DNA of 64,000 nucleotides from Candidatus Omnitrophota bacterium (GTDB lineage Bacteria; Omnitrophota; Gorgyraeia; Gygaellales; Profunditerraquicolaceae): NCBI GenBank assembly GCA_030650425.1, contig JAUSED010000008.1, positions 132,554 to 196,553 of the forward strand, read 5' to 3'. Shown piece by piece: positions 57,382 to 64,000 of this stretch (position 1 is its first letter; each line of letters starts with the position of its first letter). The notes under the pieces were generated by a model. It saw only the letters and a program-made list of their open reading frames with translations, ran no database searches and was not told where the DNA came from. The position numbers and the translations under genes were made by a program.

Positions 57382-58500
57382 ATGAAAATACCGGCATTAG
57401 ACTTAAAAAGACAAATCGCGCCGATTAGGGGAGAATTGGATTTGGCGATCAAAGATGTAATCGATCAGACAAACTTCGTTCTCGGGGAAACGGTTGAAAG
57501 ATTTGAAGGCCATCTGGCTGAATACTGCGGGGTAAAGCACGCGATAGGCGTATCTAATGGGACTGATGCCTTAAGCCTTTCTTTATTGGCATTGGGGATT
57601 AAGGCAGGGGACGGAGTAATTTGCCCGGCATTTACTTATTACGCGACCGCCGGGGCTGTGGCAGGCATTGGCGCGCGTCCGGTTTTTGCGGATATCGATA
57701 AGCATACCTATAATATTTCCATTGAAAGCATCGAGAAAAACCTGTTTAAGAAAAATAAACTTAAAATAAAAGCGGTTATTCCGGTGCATCTCTACGGCCA
57801 GTGCGCGGATATGGACGAGATTCTGAAATTAGCGCGTAAATATAAATTGAAGGTTATTGAAGATACCGCGCAGGCATTTGGCGCGGAATACAAAGGCAAG
57901 AAGGCTGGGACGTTGGGAGATTGTGGAGCAGTGAGTTTTTTCCCCGCTAAAAACTTGGGCGCCTTTGGCGACGCCGGAGCAATCCTGACGAATAATCAAA
58001 GTTTAAATGAACGCCTGAAGATTTTACGCAATCAGGGGAATAAAAATAAATATTTCCATTTAGTTTTAGGCCGGAATAACCGCTTAGATTCGCTTCAGGC
58101 AGCTGTGCTGGATGTTAAGTTGAAATATTTAGACGCTTGGAATAAAAAAAGGCAGGAGGTTGCGGGCTATTATGATGCTAAGCTGGCAGGTTTAGCGCTT
58201 AAGACACCGTTTGTCCCGCGCTACACAACGCATATCTATCAGCAATATGTTTTGAGGCTGGTAGGTTCAAATAAGGGATTATTGGAATATTTACGCGGGA
58301 AAGAAATTGATTCGCGCGTATTTTATCCACTCCCTCTGCATTTACAGAAATGCTTTAAATATTTGGGTTACAAAAAGGGTGATTTCCCGGAGGCCGAAAA
58401 AGCAGCCTCTCAGGTTTTGACTTTACCGATTTATCCGGAGCTTACTCAGGAAGAAAAAGATTATATTGTTCAATGCGTAAAGGAGTATCTGCATGATTAA
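57382..58500 (+). CDS. DegT/DnrJ/EryC1-family PLP-dependent sugar aminotransferase (second copy)
   Basis: GVSNGTDALSLSL, AVSFFPAKNLGAFGDAGAI and NNRLDSLQAAVL motifs. Confidence 0.85.
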   Translation: MKIPALDLKRQIAPIRGELDLAIKDVIDQTNFVLGETVERFEGHLAEYCGVKHAIGVSNGTDALSLSLLALGIKAGDGVICPAFTYYATAGAVAGIGARPVFADIDKHTYNISIESIEKNLFKKNKLKIKAVIPVHLYGQCADMDEILKLARKYKLKVIEDTAQAFGAEYKGKKAGTLGDCGAVSFFPAKNLGAFGDAGAILTNNQSLNERLKILRNQGNKNKYFHLVLGRNNRLDSLQAAVLDVKLKYLDAWNKKRQEVAGYYDAKLAGLALKTPFVPRYTTHIYQQYVLRLVGSNKGLLEYLRGKEIDSRVFYPLPLHLQKCFKYLGYKKGDFPEAEKAASQVLTLPIYPELTQEEKDYIVQCVKEYLHD

Positions 58501-59245
58501 CCTTTCTGTGGTAGTTTTAACCAAGAACGAAGAGGCTTGTATTGCCGAATGCCTCGAATCAGTAAAGTGGGCGGACGAGATTATTCTGGTAGATGATGAA
58601 AGTACGGACAGAACAATCGAGATTGCTAAGCAATATACGAGTAAGATTATTTCCAGAAAGATGGATGTGGAGGGAAGGCATAGGAACTGGGCCTATGCCC
58701 AAACGCGCAACCTCTGGGTTTTGAGCCTGGACGCGGATGAAAAAGTAACGCCGGAATTAAAGCCTGAGATCGAAGAGGCGGTTAAGTCGCAGGAATTTGT
58801 CGCCTATGATATACCCCTGCGTAACTATATCAGCAACTATTGGGTAAAATACGGCGGCTGGTACCCGGCGTCAAAAGTACGGCTTTTCAAGAAAGATAAG
58901 TTTAAATATGAGGAGGCCGAGGTCCATCCGCGGGCGTTTATCGACGGAAAATGCGGGCACCTTAAAAGTGATATAATTCATAAAGGCTATCCGGATTTAG
59001 AGCATTTCTTGAGCAGCGTGAACCGGCAATCGACTCAAGAGGCGAAAAAATGGATCAATACCGGAAGGAAAATGACCTTAGTCTGGATTACCTGGCGTAC
59101 AGTAGACAGGTTCTTTAGGAGGTATCTGCGTAAAAAAGCCTATAAAGACGGACTGTATGGTTTCGTGATCGCTTATTTCGATTCGTTATACCAGATATTG
59201 AGTTATGTTAAGTATAGAGAAATGCTTAGGAATAGCAAAAGATGA
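58493..59245 (+). CDS. Family 2 glycosyltransferase (LPS-core WaaE/KdtX-like)
   Basis: LSVVVLTKNEEACIAECLESVKWADEIILVDDESTDRT and LDADE motifs. Confidence 0.75.
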   Translation: MINLSVVVLTKNEEACIAECLESVKWADEIILVDDESTDRTIEIAKQYTSKIISRKMDVEGRHRNWAYAQTRNLWVLSLDADEKVTPELKPEIEEAVKSQEFVAYDIPLRNYISNYWVKYGGWYPASKVRLFKKDKFKYEEAEVHPRAFIDGKCGHLKSDIIHKGYPDLEHFLSSVNRQSTQEAKKWINTGRKMTLVWITWRTVDRFFRRYLRKKAYKDGLYGFVIAYFDSLYQILSYVKYREMLRNSKR

Positions 59246-59787
59246 AAGTTGTGTTTTTGGATAGGGATGGAGTAATTAATAAATACCCCGGAGACAGGTT
59301 TTATGTCACTTCTCTCAAGAAATTTAAATTTTTGCCGGGGGCAAAAAACGCGATCGCGCAACTAACTAAGGCAGGATTTAAACTGTTTATCGTCTCTAAT
59401 CAGGCAGGGGTTGGCAGAGGGGTATATGCTAAACGTACGCTCGAGGCGATTACCGGGAGGATGCTTTCAGAAATAGAAACAGCCGGCGGGAAAATTGATA
59501 AAGTCTATTATTGCATCCATCGTAAAGACGCGGGCTGCCTGTGCCGGAAGCCTAAGCCCGGGTTACTAAAAAAAGCAGCCAAAGAATTTAAATTCAGCCT
59601 TCAGAAGTCCTATTTTATTGGCGATAGTATCCGGGATGTGATTACGGCCGATAAGGCAGGCTGTAAATCAGTTCTCGTTCTTTCCGGAAAAGAGAAGCTT
59701 GCAAACCAAAAAAACTGGGAAGCTAAACCGGATTTTATCTTTAAAGACCTCAATGCAGCCACCACTTTTCTTATAAAACAAAAATAA
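59242..59787 (+). CDS. gmhB: D,D-heptose 1,7-bisphosphate phosphatase (GmhB-like), second copy
   Basis: VVFLDRDGVIN, FIVSNQAGVGRG, CIHRKDAGCLCRKPKPG and GDSIRD HAD motifs. Confidence 0.85.
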   Translation: MKVVFLDRDGVINKYPGDRFYVTSLKKFKFLPGAKNAIAQLTKAGFKLFIVSNQAGVGRGVYAKRTLEAITGRMLSEIETAGGKIDKVYYCIHRKDAGCLCRKPKPGLLKKAAKEFKFSLQKSYFIGDSIRDVITADKAGCKSVLVLSGKEKLANQKNWEAKPDFIFKDLNAATTFLIKQK

Positions 59788-59791
59788 GGCT

Positions 59792-60883
59792 ATGAAAGTA
59801 CTGATCACTTACGCGTCTGCCGGAGCAGGCCACCGCAGAGTTGCCGAAGCGGTGTACAATTATCTTAAGCAAAACCGGCCGGAAATAAAGCTGGAGATGG
59901 TTGATATCTTGGATAAAACCAACGCCTTGTTCCGCTTTGACTACACTAAGGGCTACACCTTTCTGGTAAGGAACGCGGTTGCGCTATGGCATTTCGCTTT
60001 TTGGCTTACTGAATTTAAAGCCCTTCGTCCTTGGATACGTTTTATTGCCTCTCTAATTAATCGGATCAACACACGGGGATTTGCCTCTTACTTAATTCAA
60101 GAGCAGCCGGAGTATCTTATTTCTACTCATTTCCTTCCTTCGGAAATCGCCTGCGGTTTAAAAGAAAGAAAAAAAATAAAATCAGCGGTGATTACCATCA
60201 TTACTGATTTTGGGGTGCATCCATTTTGGGTCTGCGAGGGGACGGATTTATATGTTGCGGCTTCGGACTTTACTAAAGAGAGGCTTTTGTCTGAGGGAGT
60301 AGAAGAAGGTAAGATAAAAGTTTTTGGCCTTCCCTCCGACGCTAAGTTTTTAAAACAATTTGATAGGCTCACTCTAGCGGCTAAGCTTGGGCTTGATGGG
60401 GCTAAATTTACGGTTTTACTGATGACCGGCTCTTTTGGTATCGGCCCCCTTGAAGAGATTGCCTTGTTACTTTACCGTGATGTTCAGGTGGTTGTTATCT
60501 GCGCGAATAATAAAAAATTGTTCGCGAAATTAAGCAAAAGAAACCTTCCTAATGTGCTTCCTCTTGGTTTTGTCAGCAATGCCGAAGAGATTATGGCTGT
60601 TTCCGATATTATTGTAACTAAACCCGGCGGTTCTACGATAGCAGAAATCCTGAATATGGATTTAGCCCCTATATTCATATCTATAATTCCCGGGCAGGAG
60701 AGCTCTAATGTTGAGGCGTTAGCTGAATTTGGCGTAGGCTCAAGCCCAAAAGACATCCGTCAGATAAGGGATGTAGTTTTAGATTATAAAAACCATCCTG
60801 AAAAACTCCAGGAAATAAAGTATAATATCCAAAAGATCAAGAAACCTTTTAGCTGCCAGGAGATTTCCGGTGTTATACGCTAA
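59792..60883 (+). CDS. GT28-family glycosyltransferase, MGDG-synthase/UgtP-like (diacylglycerol glycosyltransferase-like)
   Basis: KVLITYASAGAGHRRVAEAV N-terminal MGDG_synth-type motif. C-terminal GT-B domain (IIVTKPGGSTIAE). Confidence 0.6.
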   Translation: MKVLITYASAGAGHRRVAEAVYNYLKQNRPEIKLEMVDILDKTNALFRFDYTKGYTFLVRNAVALWHFAFWLTEFKALRPWIRFIASLINRINTRGFASYLIQEQPEYLISTHFLPSEIACGLKERKKIKSAVITIITDFGVHPFWVCEGTDLYVAASDFTKERLLSEGVEEGKIKVFGLPSDAKFLKQFDRLTLAAKLGLDGAKFTVLLMTGSFGIGPLEEIALLLYRDVQVVVICANNKKLFAKLSKRNLPNVLPLGFVSNAEEIMAVSDIIVTKPGGSTIAEILNMDLAPIFISIIPGQESSNVEALAEFGVGSSPKDIRQIRDVVLDYKNHPEKLQEIKYNIQKIKKPFSCQEISGVIR

Positions 60884-62735
60884 AATAGCGGTAGGTCTTC
60901 CGGTTAGCGGACCGTTTGATTATATTGTTCCGGATCCTTTATCTGGAAAAATAACGCTTGGCGCGAGGGTTTGGATTAGCTTTGGAACAAGGCGTATAGT
61001 CGGTTATGTGGTTGGCCTTTCTAAAAAGAGCGAAATTAAAAGTTTAAAACCGATTTTGGAGCTGATCGATGAGTTTCCGATCTTAACCAAGAAATTGCTT
61101 TTATTGACTAAAGAACTGGCGGAGTATTATTATTGCTCTTGGGGAGAGGCAATTGAAACAGCGATTCCTGAGGGTTTGAGGAAAGGGAAAAAAGGGGACA
61201 CTTTCCAACAAGCAGTAAGCGAGCGTAGGAAAATGTCCCCTGAACGGGGAAAAATAGAAGCGTCCCCTTTTTTAATAGGGCTAATTCATGATCTAGATGG
61301 AGAAGCGCGCTGGGACGTCTATCTTAAAGAAATCAAAAACACCTTAAGCAGTAATTTGTCGGCGATAATTTTATTACCGGATATTCCTTCTAGCCTTAAA
61401 GCCGCCCAAATTATTGAGCAACAACTTGGGATTAAGGCGCAGCTTTTATGCCGTTCTCAACCAAAAGAATTAGACGAGTGGATAAGGTCAGTCGATTCCA
61501 AGGTTATCGTTGGCACGCGTTCAGCGGTTTTCGCGCCCTTAAATAATTTGGGCCTGATCATTATTGATGATGAAGATGATTTTGCCTATAAGCAGGATCA
61601 GGCGCCGCATTATCATGCCCGGGAAATAGCTTTGATGCGCGCCAAATTTGAAAGCGCAAAAGTAATTTTAGGGAGCCGGGCGCCGTCGCTGGAAAGTTTT
61701 TATTTAACCAAGAAACATAAAGCTCAATATACGATTATCCCGCGGAAAAAAGATTTCCCCGAAATAAAAATTATTGATACGCGCCGTCTGCCTTTTCAGG
61801 ATAAAAAGAGAAGGGCAATTTTTTCCAGATTACTGGAGGATGCTCTTTATGCTGTTTTAAACGAGAAAGGTAAGGCGCTTTTATTTCTTAACCGTAAAGG
61901 TTTCGCTACCTCGGCCACCTGCATTACCTGTGGAAAAATTATTAAATGCCCGCGCTGCAGCCTAAACTTAGCCTATCACTTTAAGGATGATTTACTAAGC
62001 TGCCACTATTGCAATTTTAAGATTCCGCTTCCAAAGATTTGCCCTGAATGTAATTCCGGCTATATTAAGCTTTCCGGAGCGGGGACCGAAAAGATAGAGA
62101 GTGAGCTGTCCCGGATTTTTCCGCAAGCGCGGATTAAAATTATCGACGATAAAGATCTCAATCTGGAAAATTATGATATATTCATAGCTACGAGCGGCGT
62201 GATTAAGCGCGGGGATCTTGTTTTTGACCTAATTGGAGTCTTGGGGATAGATAATGCCTTAAACCGCGTGGATTTCCGGGCCACGGAGAAGGTGTTTGGT
62301 TTATTAGCCGGCCTGCTTAACCTTACGCGTAAGAGAATTCTGATTCAAACCAGTTCTCCCAATCACCATTGCTTTCAGGCGCTGCTGAAGAAAGACGCGA
62401 ATTATTTCTATGAAGAAGAGTTAAAACAAAGAAGACAGTTGGATTTTCCTCCGTATAAGCATATGGTTTTAGTAAAGCTGCGCGGGGAGAAAGAGGAAAA
62501 GATAAAAGCATCGGCGGAATCGCTATTCAGTAGGCTGAAAGAGGCCGATAAAGATAAAAGTATTGAAATAATTTCAGTCAATTCTTCTAGTCCGGCTAAA
62601 TTACGGGGTAATTATTATTGGCAGGTTTTAATCCGTTCCGGCAATGTTCTCAAGGCCAATAAGTTCTTAAAAAATAATTTAAAAGATTTCCGGCATTCAG
62701 GTATAATAGTGACGGTGGATGTAGATCCGCTGTAA
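60870..62735 (+). CDS. priA: Primosomal protein N' (PriA) homolog with degenerate Walker A
   Basis: N-terminal 3'-DNA-binding-domain signature (GLPVSGPFDYIVPDP). Motif II-like IIIDDEDDFAYKQDQAPHYHAREIAL. Cys4 zinc-binding insert (CITCGKIIKCPRC...CHYCNF...CPECNS). The expected GVTGSGKT is replaced by HDLDGEARWD. Confidence 0.8.
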   Translation: MLYAKIAVGLPVSGPFDYIVPDPLSGKITLGARVWISFGTRRIVGYVVGLSKKSEIKSLKPILELIDEFPILTKKLLLLTKELAEYYYCSWGEAIETAIPEGLRKGKKGDTFQQAVSERRKMSPERGKIEASPFLIGLIHDLDGEARWDVYLKEIKNTLSSNLSAIILLPDIPSSLKAAQIIEQQLGIKAQLLCRSQPKELDEWIRSVDSKVIVGTRSAVFAPLNNLGLIIIDDEDDFAYKQDQAPHYHAREIALMRAKFESAKVILGSRAPSLESFYLTKKHKAQYTIIPRKKDFPEIKIIDTRRLPFQDKKRRAIFSRLLEDALYAVLNEKGKALLFLNRKGFATSATCITCGKIIKCPRCSLNLAYHFKDDLLSCHYCNFKIPLPKICPECNSGYIKLSGAGTEKIESELSRIFPQARIKIIDDKDLNLENYDIFIATSGVIKRGDLVFDLIGVLGIDNALNRVDFRATEKVFGLLAGLLNLTRKRILIQTSSPNHHCFQALLKKDANYFYEEELKQRRQLDFPPYKHMVLVKLRGEKEEKIKASAESLFSRLKEADKDKSIEIISVNSSSPAKLRGNYYWQVLIRSGNVLKANKFLKNNLKDFRHSGIIVTVDVDPL

Positions 62736-62743
62736 GGAGCGCT

Positions 62744-63688
62744 ATGAAAATTGTTTTTTTTGGAAGTTCACATTTTGCCGTTCCAGCGCTAGAGGCATTG
62801 ATTAAGAACCATTATCAAGTCAGCGCTGTTGTGACCCAGCCGGATAAAAAGAAAGGCCGGCATCTGCATTTAGCGTCAACGGATGTTAAGTCTGTAGCTA
62901 GCCAGGCAGGTTTGGAAGTTTTTCAGCCGGAGGAGATTAATTCTTCTGATTCGATAAAATATCTAAAGAATTTATGCGCGGATCTGTTTGTTGTTGTTGC
63001 TTACGGCCAGATTTTAGCGCAGGCTATTTTGAATATACCCAAGATTTTTTCCATCAATATCCATGCTTCGCTTTTACCGAAATACCGGGGGGCTGCGCCG
63101 ATAAACTGGGCGATAATCAAAGGTGAAAAATCCACCGGAGTGACCGTTATTAAATTAGTCCGAAAGATGGATGCCGGCCCAATGCTTTTACAAAAAGAAA
63201 TACCTATTGATGAAATTGATGATTCTGTAATCTTAGAGGATAAATTGCGTAGGTTGGGAGCGGAATTACTGGTAGATACTATTAAAAGCGTAGAGAATAA
63301 AACTTATCAATTGACTGTTCAGGACGAAGAAGGGATAGTGATGGCACCTAAGTTAAAGAGGACCGATGGTTGTATCGACTGGAATAAGCCGGCAGTCAAG
63401 ATTTATAATCTGGTAAGAGGATGCTTGCCTTGGCCCGGCGCTTTTACCCATTATAAAGGTAAATTACTTAAGATATGCGAGACAGAGATGATTTTGCGGG
63501 TGGACGGGTTTACGGGTAGACAAGCCGGCGAAATCTTAAGTATCCGTAAAGACGGACTTCTGGTTATGGCTGGCGAGGGGGCTCTATTGATAAAAGAGCT
63601 GCAATTGGAGGGCGGGAATAGAATGACGGCTAAAGAATTCGTTCAAGGCCATAAAATCAATTTGGGAGAGAGGTTTATCAAAAAATAG
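62744..63688 (+). CDS. fmt: Methionyl-tRNA formyltransferase
   Basis: KIVFFGSSHFAVPALEAL, HASLLPKYRGAAPINWAIIKGE and a C-terminal Fmt domain. Confidence 0.9.
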   Translation: MKIVFFGSSHFAVPALEALIKNHYQVSAVVTQPDKKKGRHLHLASTDVKSVASQAGLEVFQPEEINSSDSIKYLKNLCADLFVVVAYGQILAQAILNIPKIFSINIHASLLPKYRGAAPINWAIIKGEKSTGVTVIKLVRKMDAGPMLLQKEIPIDEIDDSVILEDKLRRLGAELLVDTIKSVENKTYQLTVQDEEGIVMAPKLKRTDGCIDWNKPAVKIYNLVRGCLPWPGAFTHYKGKLLKICETEMILRVDGFTGRQAGEILSIRKDGLLVMAGEGALLIKELQLEGGNRMTAKEFVQGHKINLGERFIKK

Positions 63689-63716
63689 TTGCATAATCGA
63701 TTTGCTGTGTTATAAT
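63689..63716 (+). promoter_or_regulatory. Sigma-70-like promoter: TTGCAT, 16 nt spacer, extended -10 TGtTATAAT
   Basis: TTGCATaatcgatttgcTGTGTTATAAT in the 36-bp gap after fmt. The -10 ends 8 nt before the next ATG, implying a leaderless or near-leaderless transcript. Confidence 0.45.
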
Positions 63717-63724
63717 TTTTATCT

Positions 63725-64000
63725 ATGCCAGAACTAAGGAAAGATCCGATTATCGGAAGATGGGTAATTGTTGCTACTGAGCGGGCAAGGCGCCCGGATC
63801 AATTCAGTGGTAAGCCGGAAGAACTTTCTCCTGAAACGTCCTGTCCGTTTTGTGAAGGTTCTGAATCTCAAACTCCTCCGGAAATTTATTGCTTACGGCC
63901 GACTCATACGCCACCGAATACCCGAGGTTGGGAATTAAGGGTTGTGCCGAGTATCGCTCCATTCTTAAGGATTGAAGGCGAGCTTGACCGCCGTGGCAAA
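63725..64000 (+). CDS. Galactose-1-phosphate uridylyltransferase-like (GalT/HIT superfamily), partial with 3' end outside the window
   Basis: DPIIGRWVIVATERARRP...SCPFCEGSE matches the GalT N-terminal signature. No stop before the window end. Confidence 0.65.
   Translation, partial: MPELRKDPIIGRWVIVATERARRPDQFSGKPEELSPETSCPFCEGSESQTPPEIYCLRPTHTPPNTRGWELRVVPSIAPFLRIEGELDRRGK

Noticed and set aside
131..64000. Mobile elements, CRISPR arrays, tRNA or rRNA genes
   Set aside because: I saw no transposase or integrase-like ORFs, terminal inverted repeats, direct-repeat and spacer arrays, or conserved T-loop/anticodon structures. The whole window reads as protein-coding.

Overview
The window is essentially one very large, unidirectional surface-glycan biosynthesis locus. 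About 60 genes sit on the + strand from 131 to 63688, tightly packed, with many ATGA/TGATG-type start-stop overlaps. Three housekeeping-type genes lie at the 3' end: priA, fmt and a partial galT-like gene. I found no rRNA, tRNA, CRISPR array or recognisable mobile element.

Recognisable modules by motif:
- Glycosyltransferases: GT2, GT4, GT9, GT26, GT28 and GT-C-like.
- Export and assembly: a Wzx-type flippase, a polyprenyl-phosphate glycosylphosphotransferase, and three Wzy_C-family proteins (O-antigen ligase/polymerase or O-oligosaccharyltransferase-like).
- A pseudaminic/legionaminic-type nonulosonic-acid module (14736-22911): PseI/NeuB, PseF, PseG and a DegT aminotransferase, plus a WbqC-like / PIG-L deacetylase / DUF115(Maf)-like / TIGR04325-like methyltransferase cassette.
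- A GDP-heptose branch (HddA kinase, HddC nucleotidyltransferase, two GmhB phosphatases, a transaldolase/FSA-family enzyme) together with two GT9 heptosyltransferases and a ~46-codon remnant of gmhA.
- A CDP-glucose branch (RfbF/RfbG), ManC, and a UDP-sugar dehydrogenase / Gfo-Idh-MocA / SDR block.

The unusual content is a dense tailoring complement:
- Five radical-SAM enzymes: three cobalamin-binding class-B-like and two SPASM/twitch-like.
- Six class-I SAM methyltransferases.
- Two NodU/CmcH carbamoyltransferases. One is followed by SxtJ-like and DUF5989/SxtK-like small membrane proteins; the latter is a 52-aa ORF missing from the ORF track.
- Four polyprenol-phosphate-sugar-synthase-like GT2s paired with four GT-C-fold membrane transferases. 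Two of these are 700-aa paralogs flanking an MT / B12-rSAM / MT / MT cassette.

Other points: the locus is compositionally mosaic by eye, with a GC-richer block near 4.0-7.3 kb and an AT-rich block near 38.5-46.1 kb. The PriA homolog has lost its Walker A motif. All functions are inferred from motifs and remembered family signatures; no database search was possible.
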